53,863 nucleotides of DNA from Salinivenus sp. (GTDB lineage: Bacteria; Bacteroidota; Rhodothermia; Rhodothermales; Salinibacteraceae), in contig JAZKTD010000001.1 of assembly GCA_036625705.1 (NCBI GenBank), positions 1 through 53,863 on the forward strand, given 5' to 3'. How positions within the stretch are numbered: position 1 is the stretch's first letter; each line of letters opens with the position of its first letter. Below, piece after piece: positions 10,052 to 19,488 of the stretch. The notes under the pieces are model-generated. The model did not search any database. It was not told the origin of the DNA and saw only the letters and a program-made list of their open reading frames with translations. A program made the position numbers and the translations under genes.

Positions 10052-11950
10052 ATGCCCGCCCAGGTCGACTTCGACACGGTTCCGCAGCTGTTTCGCCGGC
10101 TCTGTGCCCGCTACGAGGGCCGGGAGCGGACGGTGCTGCGGTACAAGGAGCGGGGCGAGGGGTGGCACGACATCACCTGGGAGCAGCTCGAGGACCGCGC
10201 GCAGGCCCTCGGGGGATTTCTTCACCGGAGCGGCGTGCGGAAGGGAGACCGCGTGGCGCTGCTCTCCGAGAACCGGCCGGAGTGGGCCGTGACGGACCTC
10301 GGGACCCAGCTCGTGGGGGGCGTAAACGTCTCCGTCTACACCTCGCTGCCCCCCGCAAAGGTGGCGTACATCCTGCGCGACTCCGGGGCCACCGCCTGCG
10401 TGGTGTCGGTCCCCGTCCAGCGCAAGAAGATCCAGGAGATCGTCGACGAGTGCCCGGCCCTCGAGACGGTCATCGTCATGGACGATTTGCCCGACGACCC
10501 GCCGTCCTACATGACGCACTGGGACGACGCGCTGGCGGCGGGGCGCGACTACTGGGCCGAGAACGAGCCCGCCCTTACGGCCGTCGCGGACGACATCACG
10601 CCCGAGGACCCGAGTGCCCTCATCTACACCAGTGGCACCACGGGCCAGCCGAAGGGCGTCGTCCTCACGAACCGCAACTTCTGCTCGAACGTGAAGGCGG
10701 CCCTCCAGCGCGTGCCGTTCGGGGAGGACGACCACCACCTCTCGTTTTTGCCCCTCTCGCACGCCTTCGAGCGGACGGCCGGCTACACCGCCGTGCTCGC
10801 CGCCGGGGCCACGATCAGCTACGCCGAAAGCGTCGAGGCGGTGAGCAGCAACCTGAAGGAGGTGCAGCCGACGGTCATGATCTCCGTGCCCCGGATGTTT
10901 GAGAAGGTGTACAACCGCGTCACGAAGAAGGTGGGCGAGGGGGGCACGATCCAGCGGACGATCTTTGAGTGGGCCGTGCGGACTGGCGAGAAGGTGGCTG
11001 CGGCCCGGCAGGGGGAGGGCGGCGGGCCGGGCCCCTGGCTCCGAGCCCAGAAGGCCCTCGCCCATCGGCTCGTCTTCTCGACGCTCCACGAACGGCTCGG
11101 GGGCAACCTCCGCTTCGCGGTGTCCGGCGGGGCCGCGCTCCCGGAAGAGATCGGGACCTTCTTTCAGGCGGCCGGGATCACGATCGTCGAGGGGTACGGC
11201 CTCACGGAGACCGCGCCGGTGATTGCCGTCAATCCCCTCGCGGCCCCCCGCTACGGCACCGTCGGCCACGTGCTGCCGGGCGTATCGGTGGCCATCCAGT
11301 CGCTGGACGACGAGTCGCGCATCGCCGAGGTGAACGGCAACGACTACCCGACCCGCCCGACGACGAAGGAGGGAGAGATCCTCGTGAAGGGGCCCAACGT
11401 GATGAAGGGGTACTGGCAGCAGCCCGAGAAAACGCGGGCGGCCTTCGACCCGGACGGCTGGTACCACACCGGCGACGTGGGCCGGTTCGATGAAGGGTAC
11501 CTCCGGATTACCGACCGCATCAAGCACATGATCGTCTCCCGGGGCGGAAAGAACATCTACCCGGGCCCCATCGAGGAAACCTTCAAGACCCAGGCCTGGA
11601 TCGACCAGATCATCGTGGTGGGCGAGGACCGGCCGTTCCTCGCCGCCCTCGTGGTGCCGGACTTCGATTCTCTCCGGATGCGGGCCCGCGACCACGGCAT
11701 CGACGAGGCCGCCTACAGCGACGCGGAGCTCCTGGAGCACGAGGACGTCCAGGCCGCCTTCGACGACACCTTTACGCAGTACAACCGGGAGGCCGCCGCC
11801 CACGAAAAGATCCGCAGCTTCCGGCTACTCGCCGAGCCCTTCACCGTGGAGGACGGCACCCTGACGCCCACCCTCAAGCTTCGGCGCAGCGTCATCACCG
11901 ACCGCTACGCCGACCGCATCGACGTGATGTACGAGGAATTCGGTCGATGA
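10052..11950 (+). CDS. Long-chain fatty acid--CoA ligase
   Basis: YTSGTTGQPKG AMP-binding motif, EGYGLTET, GWYHTGDVG, LTPTLKLRR. Confidence 0.93.
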   Translation: MPAQVDFDTVPQLFRRLCARYEGRERTVLRYKERGEGWHDITWEQLEDRAQALGGFLHRSGVRKGDRVALLSENRPEWAVTDLGTQLVGGVNVSVYTSLPPAKVAYILRDSGATACVVSVPVQRKKIQEIVDECPALETVIVMDDLPDDPPSYMTHWDDALAAGRDYWAENEPALTAVADDITPEDPSALIYTSGTTGQPKGVVLTNRNFCSNVKAALQRVPFGEDDHHLSFLPLSHAFERTAGYTAVLAAGATISYAESVEAVSSNLKEVQPTVMISVPRMFEKVYNRVTKKVGEGGTIQRTIFEWAVRTGEKVAAARQGEGGGPGPWLRAQKALAHRLVFSTLHERLGGNLRFAVSGGAALPEEIGTFFQAAGITIVEGYGLTETAPVIAVNPLAAPRYGTVGHVLPGVSVAIQSLDDESRIAEVNGNDYPTRPTTKEGEILVKGPNVMKGYWQQPEKTRAAFDPDGWYHTGDVGRFDEGYLRITDRIKHMIVSRGGKNIYPGPIEETFKTQAWIDQIIVVGEDRPFLAALVVPDFDSLRMRARDHGIDEAAYSDAELLEHEDVQAAFDDTFTQYNREAAAHEKIRSFRLLAEPFTVEDGTLTPTLKLRRSVITDRYADRIDVMYEEFGR

Positions 11951-12118
11951 AGAAATGGAAACGTCGATTCGGCCCCGGTAATAATTGAACGGAGGCGTCG
12001 TTGTACACATGCGCTCTCGACAGAAAAAGACGTATGGATAAGCCTTGAACTCCCGCTGCGCAAGGGCCGCAGCGGTGGGAGGATCCGGTGGAGTTGGATC
12101 CCGAGGCGGACGGACAGC

Positions 12119-12124
12119 TATAAT
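12119..12124 (+). promoter_or_regulatory. Putative -10 box of the tRNA promoter
   Basis: Perfect TATAAT about 20 nt upstream of the tRNA in otherwise GC-rich DNA; no well-spaced -35 box seen. Confidence 0.45.
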
Positions 12125-12144
12125 AGGGAGCTATTTTGATTTCT

Positions 12145-12218
<74 letters not shown>

Positions 12219-12224
12219 CTTCTT

Positions 12225-12260
12225 CGGCTCTCGCGGCACTGCGAGGGCCGTTTTTGTTTG
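12225..12260 (+). terminator. Rho-independent terminator after tRNA-Pro
   Basis: CGGCTCTCGC-ggcact-GCGAGGGCCG hairpin followed by TTTTTGTTTG. Confidence 0.85.
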
Positions 12261-12438
12261 GTGGGAACCGGGAAATAGAAGATGCGAAGTTCAAGGGAAA
12301 CCATACTCCCAGCGAAACACTGATTTCCCGAATTTTTTCGTGACGTAGATCTAAGGCCCCCGCACGACCCTGTAGGGACGGACGGGCCCGGTCGATGTCT
12401 CGGTCTCGATACTCCGCTCGGCTAGATTATCTAGTACC

Positions 12439-12948
12439 ATGCTTACACGATCGACTTCCTCACTACGGTTCGGCGTGCTCACCCTCGCCCTCGCGCTCTT
12501 CGCGCCGCTGGCGTTCGGCCAGATGCCGCAGGGCAACTCCCAGAACATGCTGTCGTCGGAGGATGTCTCCGATGAGCAGATTCAGACGGTGGCCCGGATC
12601 GCCGTGACCGCGCAGATGTCCACCCGGCAGGAACGGATGCAGATGCGGAAGGAGATGAAGAAGAAGTACGGCAATCCGCAGCAGATGGACTCGACCCAGA
12701 AGGCCCAGGCCCGTCGCGAGATGCGGAAACGGCAGATGGCGATGCGGAAAAAGACGATGCAGGTCATGCAGAAGGAGGCCAAGAACGAGGGCATGGACCC
12801 GAAGATGGTGCAGCGCGTTCTGCGCTCCGCCCGTCAGGACTCCACGCTCGGCAAGCGCCTTCAGAAGGCCATCAAGGCAGAGGCCAAGCGGCAGCGGTCC
12901 TCCATGGGCGGCCAGCAGGGAGGCGGAAACCCCGGTGGCGGCCAGTAA
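12439..12948 (+). CDS. Secreted helical Met/Gln/Lys-rich protein (DUF4168-like)
   Basis: Signal peptide ending LAFG; DVSDEQIQTVARIAV start resembles DUF4168; helical low-complexity body. Confidence 0.65.
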   Translation: MLTRSTSSLRFGVLTLALALFAPLAFGQMPQGNSQNMLSSEDVSDEQIQTVARIAVTAQMSTRQERMQMRKEMKKKYGNPQQMDSTQKAQARREMRKRQMAMRKKTMQVMQKEAKNEGMDPKMVQRVLRSARQDSTLGKRLQKAIKAEAKRQRSSMGGQQGGGNPGGGQ

Positions 12949-13138
12949 ACACTGACACCCTCGGTCTCCGGGTGCCCCCCAGAGCACGAAACGGAGAAAA
13001 GCGGCCCTTGCCCCTGTGGCAACGGTCGCTTTTCTTATTGGGTACGTGCACGTTGAAAACGCCCAGTCGATGGTCGGCGCTCATCGGAGCCGACCGCACT
13101 CGTCTCGTGCAATCTCTCTCCTACCCAGTCCATCCGTC

Positions 13139-14476
13139 ATGATCCGCACTGGTTTGTCTTTGATTCGCGCTACTCTGCAACCGATGAGAGCGGCTCTGGT
13201 CCTGAGCGTAGTGGCGGGCGTTGTGCTCGTCGGGTGCGGCGGTGGAGGCAGCGATTCCGCGTCCGGGACCGCCTCCGTCTGTGATCCGGACGACGGTGGG
13301 CTCACGCTGCCCGACGGCTTCTGCGCGACCGTCGTGGCCGACAGCGTCGGGCAGCCCCGTCACCTCGCCGTCGCCGACAACGGCGACGTGTACGCGGCGC
13401 TCCGGGAGACGAACAGTGGAGGCGGCGCCGTGGCCCTCCGCGACACCGACGGCGACTACAAGGCCGACGACACTGAGTACTTCGGAGAGACGGGCGGCAC
13501 GGGCATGACCCTCCACGACGGGTACCTCTACCAGGGCACCGCCAACTCCGTCGTGCGCTACGCGAAGGAGCCCGGCACGCTTCGACCCTCCGGGGAGCAG
13601 GAGGAAATCGTGCGCCTCCCCGATCAGGAATCGCATGCGGCCAAGCCGGTGGACTTCGACGGAAACGGCAATCTCTACGTCAACGTCGGCGCGCCGTCCA
13701 ACGCGTGCATGGAAGAGTCCCGAACGAAGGGGTCGCCCGGCCAGGACCCCTGCCCGCTGCTCGAGGCGCACGGCGGCATCTGGCAGTATGACGCCCAGAC
13801 GACGGGCCAGGAGCACTCCCCGGACGCCCGCTACGCCTCGGGCATTCGCAACGCCGTGGCCCTCACCTGGAATGACCAGGTGGACAACCTCTACGTCCTG
13901 CAGCACGGACGCGACCAGCTCGCGCAGTTCTTTCCCGACCTCTACACGCAGGAGGAAAGCGCCGAGCTGCCGGCCGAGGAATTCTTCCAGGTTGATGCGG
14001 GGGACAACTTTGGCTGGCCCTACTGCTACTACGACTGGCAGCAGGAGCAGAAAGTGCTGATGCCCGAGTACGGGGGCGACGGCCAGGAGATCGGGCGCTG
14101 CGATCAGTTCGAGGATCCCATCCAGGCCTTCCCGGGCCACTGGGGCCCGAACGACGTGCTCTTCTACGGCGGCGACCAATTCCCGGAGGAGTACCAGGGT
14201 GGGGCCTTCATTGCCTGGCACGGCTCCTGGAACCGCGCCCCGCTCCCGCAGGAGGGGTACAAGGTGACGTTCACCCCCTTCGACGGCACCACTCCGTCCG
14301 GCGACTACGAGACGTTCGCCGACGGCTTCGCGGGGGCCGACACGCTCCGCAGCTCCGGGGACGCCGAGCACCGACCGACGGGCCTCGCCGTGGGGCCGGA
14401 CGGTGGGCTCTACGTGTCCGATGACGAGGCGGGCACCATCTGGCGGATTGCCTACGTCGGCGAGGAGGGCCCCTAG
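13139..14476 (+). CDS. Glucose/sorbosone (PQQ-dependent) dehydrogenase-family lipoprotein
   Basis: Lipobox LVGC; GIRNAVAL, NFGWPYCY, HGSWNR, RPTGLAVGPDGGLYVSDD. Start could alternatively be 13184. Confidence 0.85.
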   Translation: MIRTGLSLIRATLQPMRAALVLSVVAGVVLVGCGGGGSDSASGTASVCDPDDGGLTLPDGFCATVVADSVGQPRHLAVADNGDVYAALRETNSGGGAVALRDTDGDYKADDTEYFGETGGTGMTLHDGYLYQGTANSVVRYAKEPGTLRPSGEQEEIVRLPDQESHAAKPVDFDGNGNLYVNVGAPSNACMEESRTKGSPGQDPCPLLEAHGGIWQYDAQTTGQEHSPDARYASGIRNAVALTWNDQVDNLYVLQHGRDQLAQFFPDLYTQEESAELPAEEFFQVDAGDNFGWPYCYYDWQQEQKVLMPEYGGDGQEIGRCDQFEDPIQAFPGHWGPNDVLFYGGDQFPEEYQGGAFIAWHGSWNRAPLPQEGYKVTFTPFDGTTPSGDYETFADGFAGADTLRSSGDAEHRPTGLAVGPDGGLYVSDDEAGTIWRIAYVGEEGP

Positions 14477-14603
14477 CGGCGGGGGACACGCGATCCGTCC
14501 CCGTGGCGGCCCGTTGAGTCCCGGTGGATCGCTTCGGTCATCGCGGGACGGCCCCGCGAGGGGCCGCTCGACCGCACTTCTGCGTTCTAATCACCCTGTG
14601 CCG

Positions 14604-15929
14604 ATGCAGTACGTGAGCACCCGGACGCCGGATCACCGCGTGTCCCTCTCGACGGCCCTTCAGGACGGGCTCGCGCCCGACGGCGGCCTCTACGTCCCCG
14701 AGCACTTTCCGGACCTCGGGCCCGAGGCCTTCGACGGGTGCGAGACGATCGAGGCCGTGGCCGAGCGGCTGCTGCGCCCCTTCACCGCGGACGACCCGCT
14801 GGCCGCGGACCTCCCGGCCATCTGCGAGGCGACCTACGGCTTTCCGGTCCCGCTCCGCGAGGTAGGGCGCCGCACGAGCGTGCTCGAACTCTTCCACGGG
14901 CCCACGGCGGCGTTCAAGGACGTGGGGGCCCGCTACCTGGCCGACAGCCTCGCCCGCCTCAACGCCGACGCCGAGCAGCCCCTCACCATTCTCGTGGCCA
15001 CCTCCGGCGATACCGGCGCGGCCGTGGCGGCGGCCTTTTGGCGAAAGCCCAACGTCGACGTCGTCGTCCTCTATCCGAAGGGCAAGGTCTCGGACCGGCA
15101 GGAGCAGCAGCTCACCGGCTGGAGCGACAACGTGCAGACCGTCGCCGTCCACGGCGTCTTCGACGACTGCCAGCGCCTCGTGAAGGCGGCCTTTCAGGAC
15201 GAGACGTGGCAGTCGCGAAAGCGGCTCTCCTCGGCCAATAGCATCAACATCGGTCGGCTCCTGCCGCAGATGACCTACTACGCCATGGCGAGCCTCCGGC
15301 ACTGGCGCGCCCACGGCACCCGGCCGAACGTGATCGTCCCGTCCGGCAACCTCGGCAACGGCCTCGCCTGCCTCTACGCCCGCGAGTGCGGCCTGCCCAT
15401 CGGGGAGGTGATCCTGACGACAAACGAAAACCGGCCCGTCACCCACTTCCTGGAGACCGGCACCTACGAGGCGTTCGAGACCCAGGAAACCCTCGCCACC
15501 GCCATGGACGTGGGCGACCCCAGCAACATGGAGCGCCTGCGCCACCACTTCCCCGACAGCGGTCGGGGCAAGTCCTTGCGGGACGCGGTGGAGGCCGTCC
15601 GCGTGACGGACGCCCAGATCAAGGCGCAGATCCGGCGGGGGCCCGACGCCTGGGACACCGTCTGGGACCCGCACACGGCCACCGCCGTCCAGGCGCGGGA
15701 GGAGCGCGACCCCAACGACGATAACGACTGGATCCTCGTGGCCACGGCCCATCCGGCCAAGTTTCCCGAGGTCGTCGAGCCGCTCGTCGGCCACGAGGTC
15801 GACGTGCCGGCGCCCCTGGCCGAGGTGATGGCCCGCTCGCGACCGGTGCCCGAAATCGACCCGTCGCTCGACGCGCTGGCCGACGTGGTCTTCGAGGACC
15901 GGCCGGCCTCCTCCGTGCCGGACCGCTAG
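14604..15929 (+). CDS. thrC: Threonine synthase
   Basis: MQYVSTR, GLAPDGGLYVP, ELFHGPTAAFKD (PLP lysine), ATSGDTG, SANSINIGR, VPSGNLGN, TAHPAKF. Confidence 0.96.
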   Translation: MQYVSTRTPDHRVSLSTALQDGLAPDGGLYVPEHFPDLGPEAFDGCETIEAVAERLLRPFTADDPLAADLPAICEATYGFPVPLREVGRRTSVLELFHGPTAAFKDVGARYLADSLARLNADAEQPLTILVATSGDTGAAVAAAFWRKPNVDVVVLYPKGKVSDRQEQQLTGWSDNVQTVAVHGVFDDCQRLVKAAFQDETWQSRKRLSSANSINIGRLLPQMTYYAMASLRHWRAHGTRPNVIVPSGNLGNGLACLYARECGLPIGEVILTTNENRPVTHFLETGTYEAFETQETLATAMDVGDPSNMERLRHHFPDSGRGKSLRDAVEAVRVTDAQIKAQIRRGPDAWDTVWDPHTATAVQAREERDPNDDNDWILVATAHPAKFPEVVEPLVGHEVDVPAPLAEVMARSRPVPEIDPSLDALADVVFEDRPASSVPDR

Positions 15930-15974
15930 GCCCCGCGTCCCCGCCTTCCCTTCGCCAACGGCCTGAGAACCGCT

Positions 15975-16367
15975 ATGATGACGGCCCCTTGGCACCGGCA
16001 CCGGCCTCTCGTCTGGGGTCTCGGCCTTGGGCTCCTGCTCGTCGGCTGCGCGGCGGGCGACGGGGGCTCCGACCCATCCCACCTCCTGTTTCGGGGCGTC
16101 GGGCAGGAACCGGGCTGGGTACTGGAGGTGCGTGCCGAGAGTCTCCACTTTGCCGGCGACTACGGAACGAGTACGCTGAGCGTCCCCCGATCGGCCGTCG
16201 CCATCGACAGCACGGCCGGGCGGACGGTGTACCGGGCCGATCGGCTCGAGGTGGTCGTCGCGCCCGATGCCTGCAGAGACGTCATGAGCGGCGAGGCCTT
16301 CTCGCACACCGTGACGGTTACGGTCGACGGCGATCGCTACCGGGGCTGCGGCCGCGTGCTTCGGTGA
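15975..16367 (+). CDS. COG3650-like lipoprotein
   Basis: Lipobox LVGC; GQEPGW, CRDVMSG...YRGCG pattern. Confidence 0.75.
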   Translation: MMTAPWHRHRPLVWGLGLGLLLVGCAAGDGGSDPSHLLFRGVGQEPGWVLEVRAESLHFAGDYGTSTLSVPRSAVAIDSTAGRTVYRADRLEVVVAPDACRDVMSGEAFSHTVTVTVDGDRYRGCGRVLR

Positions 16368-16435
16368 CGGCGGCCCCGACCGGACCCCGAGTGCGCGTAC
16401 GACCCTCGACTCCCGATCTTCGACCCGTCAATCCC

Positions 16436-18076
16436 ATGACGTCCTCGTTTTCCCTCGCCGGCCGCCTCGTCGACCTGCACGACCGCTCGGTCCGACCGGC
16501 CACGATTCACGTCCGAGACGGCGTGATCGACCGCATCGAACCGGCCGCGGACGTGCCGGACCGGACCCTGTTGCCGGGCTTCGTCGACGCCCACGTGCAC
16601 GTGGAGAGCGCGATGGTGCCGCCGTCGGAGTTCGCTCGGGCCGCGGTCGTGCACGGCACGGTCGCCACCGTGAGCGACCCGCACGAGATCGCCAACGTGC
16701 TTGGCGTCGACGGGGTCGAGTACATGATCGAGGACGGGAAAGAGGTGCCGTTCCACTTCGCCTTCGGGGCCCCGTCCTGCGTCCCGGCCACCCCGTTCGA
16801 GACGGCCGGCGCCGAGCTGGGGCCGGACGCCGTGGCCGCGCTCCTGGACCGGCCCGACGTGCCCTACCTCAGCGAGATGATGAACGTCCCGGGCGCGATC
16901 AACCGCGACCCCGACGTGATGGCGAAGATCGAGGCGGCGCAGGCCCGCGGAAAGCCCGTCGACGGCCACGCGCCGGGCCTCCGCGGAGAGGGCGTCGAGC
17001 AGTACGCCACGGCCGGCATCGAGACCGACCACGAGTGTTTTGCGATCGAGGAGGCCCGCGAAAAGCTCAGCGCCGGCCTGAAGATCGCCATCCGCGAGGG
17101 CTCGGCCGCCAAGAACTTCGACGAGCTGATCCCGCTGATGGCCGAGGCGCCGGACCGGCTCCTGTTCTGCAGCGACGACAAGCACCCGGACGCCCTTGTG
17201 CAGGGCCACATCGACGCCCTCGCCCGCCGCGCGATCGATCGGGGCTACGACCGCTTCGACGTGCTGCGGGCCGCCTGCGTGCACCCGGTCGAGCACTACG
17301 ACCTCGACGTGGGGCTGCTGCGCGAGGGCGACCCGGCCGACTTCATCGTCGTCGACGACCTGGACGCCCTGACCGTCCGGCGCACGTACGTCGAGGGCCG
17401 CCTCGTGGCCGAGGACGGACAGACCCACATCGAACGCGTGCCGTCCGAGACGCCGAACCGGTTTGCGGCCGGGCCCGTCGCGCCCGAGGCGTTTCGCGTG
17501 CCGGCCGCGGGGGAGCGGATGCGGGTCATCACCGCCGTCGACAACCAGCTCGTCACCGGCGAGGACGTCGTCGACACGCCGGTTGCGGACGGACGGGCCG
17601 TCGCGGACCCGGAGCGGGACCTGCTGAAGCTGGCGGTGGTGAACCGGTACGCGGACGCCGCGCCGGCGGTCGCGTTCATCCGGGGCTTTGGGCTCGACGC
17701 CGGCGCCCTCGCCTCCAGCGTGGCCCACGACTCCCACAACGTGGTGGCCGTGGGGGCGAGCGACGCCGCCCTCGCCGACGCGATCAACGCGGTGGTCGAG
17801 GCAGAGGGGGGCATCAGCGCGGTCGGCGACGACACGCACGTCCTGCCGCTCCCCATCGCCGGCCTCATGAGCGACCGGCCGGTCGAGGACGTGGCCCGGC
17901 GCTACACGCGGCTCAGCCGCGTCGTCCAGGAGGAGTTGGGGAGCCCGATGGACGCGCCGTTCATGACGCTCTCGTTCATGGCGCTGCTGGTGATCCCGCA
18001 GCTCAAGCTCAGCGACCAGGGCCTCTTCGACGGCGACGCCTTCGCGTTCGTCGATCGGTTCGTGGACGCGGGGTGA
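16436..18076 (+). CDS. ade: Adenine deaminase
   Basis: PGFVDAHVHVES, DPHEIANV, DGHAPG, TDHEC, REGSAAKN, SSVAHDSHN, LPIAGLMS. Confidence 0.95.
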   Translation: MTSSFSLAGRLVDLHDRSVRPATIHVRDGVIDRIEPAADVPDRTLLPGFVDAHVHVESAMVPPSEFARAAVVHGTVATVSDPHEIANVLGVDGVEYMIEDGKEVPFHFAFGAPSCVPATPFETAGAELGPDAVAALLDRPDVPYLSEMMNVPGAINRDPDVMAKIEAAQARGKPVDGHAPGLRGEGVEQYATAGIETDHECFAIEEAREKLSAGLKIAIREGSAAKNFDELIPLMAEAPDRLLFCSDDKHPDALVQGHIDALARRAIDRGYDRFDVLRAACVHPVEHYDLDVGLLREGDPADFIVVDDLDALTVRRTYVEGRLVAEDGQTHIERVPSETPNRFAAGPVAPEAFRVPAAGERMRVITAVDNQLVTGEDVVDTPVADGRAVADPERDLLKLAVVNRYADAAPAVAFIRGFGLDAGALASSVAHDSHNVVAVGASDAALADAINAVVEAEGGISAVGDDTHVLPLPIAGLMSDRPVEDVARRYTRLSRVVQEELGSPMDAPFMTLSFMALLVIPQLKLSDQGLFDGDAFAFVDRFVDAG

Positions 18077-18181
18077 GCGAGGCCGGAGGCATACGCCGGT
18101 CCGAGCGAGTGTTACGGAAGGGCCGGACGCGGCGACCTACTGGGTGAATGCCCGGCTCGTTGCCGCACAGTCCTCCACACC

Positions 18182-18904
18182 ATGCCTGCTGTCGAGAATA
18201 CGCACGTTTCCCGGGTCGTTGTGCTTTTCGTAGGGGGGCTCCTCGTGTGGGGCCTCCCGGGGGCGGATCGGGCGGTGCGCGCTCAGCCGACGGTCCGGTC
18301 CGCATCGATACAGATGGCGCCTCAGGGGGCGAGGCTGTCGGGCACGCCCGGGCGGATGGACAGTCACGACCCGCATCCCGGGCGGATTGTTCTCGGCAGC
18401 GCCCTCGGGGCCGTCGGCGGCGTAGGCCTGGGCGCGGCGCTCCTGCGATGGGCGGCCGTGATGGACCGAGAGCAGGAGGACCGGGTCTACGACGACCCGA
18501 GTCGCGCCGACCCCGCCGCCGGAATCGCCCTGATCGGTGCTGCGGTGATCGTGGGCGGCGCGCCGTTCGGGGCCGTCCGGATGGGGCGAATCGAGAACGG
18601 CCGGACGGGGGCCTACGTCCTGGCGGGCGTCGGGGAGTTCGTGGTCGGGGCGCTGGGGTACGCGCTGGCAAATCGTCTCCACGAGAGTCCTTCCTCCCGT
18701 CTCGTGGGGCTCGGCACCGGGGTGGTCGTCGGGGCGGCGGGCGGAGCACTGGTTGCGCCCACGCAGGAGGAGCAGTCCACCGGGCTCGTCGGCTACGAGG
18801 CCGGAGAGTGGCGCGTATCGCCGCCGGACGTACGGGTGCATCCGAACGTGGAGGGGCGCCAATCTCTCTCCGCGACGGTGGCACTACTGTCCCTGCGATG
18901 GTAA
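18182..18904 (+). CDS. Hypothetical Gly-rich membrane protein
   Basis: Signal-like N-terminus, several Gly-rich hydrophobic segments, C-terminal alternating strand ending in W; fills the gap between ade and the ferritin-like gene. Confidence 0.6.
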   Translation: MPAVENTHVSRVVVLFVGGLLVWGLPGADRAVRAQPTVRSASIQMAPQGARLSGTPGRMDSHDPHPGRIVLGSALGAVGGVGLGAALLRWAAVMDREQEDRVYDDPSRADPAAGIALIGAAVIVGGAPFGAVRMGRIENGRTGAYVLAGVGEFVVGALGYALANRLHESPSSRLVGLGTGVVVGAAGGALVAPTQEEQSTGLVGYEAGEWRVSPPDVRVHPNVEGRQSLSATVALLSLRW

Positions 18905-18964
18905 TTGCGCGGGCAAGGGGCGACTCGATGCCCCCGCCGCGCGAAGGGTATGAGGGCGGCGTCG

Positions 18965-19405
18965 CTACGCCTTCCGGCGCAGGTCCCGGAGCAGCTTCTC
19001 GGTTTCCTCCTTGTGTTCGGTCTCGTCCCGGATGATGTCGTCGAGCTCCGTGACGAGGCCGTACTCCCCGGCCTCTTCGGCCTGTTGGCGGCGCTCCACG
19101 TACCGCTCGATGGTTTCGGCCTCGGCGTCGAGCACCTGGTTGAGCATGGCCTTCGGCTCCGTGGCGAGGGTGATCGGCGCGGGCTCGGTCGTGGGGGTGC
19201 CGCCGAGGGCCGTGATCTTGTCCGCCAGCAGCTGCGCGTGGGTGAGCTCCTCCGGCAGTTCCGTCTCGAAGAACTGCTTGAGCGTAGGCCGGTGCATGCC
19301 GTACACCATCGCAGCGTAGCTGTTGTACATGAGAATGGCCTGGTACTCGTGCGCCAGGTCGGTGTTGAGGCCGTCGACGAGGGCCGTCTGGGGGGAATCG
19401 GTCAT
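18965..19405 (-). CDS. Ferritin-like (bacterioferritin-related) protein
   Basis: Di-iron four-helix pattern: HEYQAILMY, EELTHA, ITALGGTP, EAETIERY, DETEH. Confidence 0.88.
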   Translation of the reverse strand: MTDSPQTALVDGLNTDLAHEYQAILMYNSYAAMVYGMHRPTLKQFFETELPEELTHAQLLADKITALGGTPTTEPAPITLATEPKAMLNQVLDAEAETIERYVERRQQAEEAGEYGLVTELDDIIRDETEHKEETEKLLRDLRRKA

Positions 19406-19434
19406 GGCAAGAAAAGGAATGTGAGGCAGATATT

Positions 19435-19454
19435 GTGAGTGATCGTTCACTCAC
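19435..19454. promoter_or_regulatory. Palindromic operator-like site
   Basis: GTGAGTGA-tcgt-TCACTCAC perfect 8-bp inverted repeat about 30 nt upstream of the ferritin-like start codon. Confidence 0.65.
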
Positions 19455-19488
19455 TATGAGGCACGCCCGCCGTGGCCGGAGAGTTCCC

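Noticed and set aside
12050-12101. Hairpins CCGCTGCG/CGCAGCGG and GGATCC/GGATCC as an ncRNA
   Set aside because: Short GC-rich stems, single copy; adequately explained by termination after the ligase gene or by chance.
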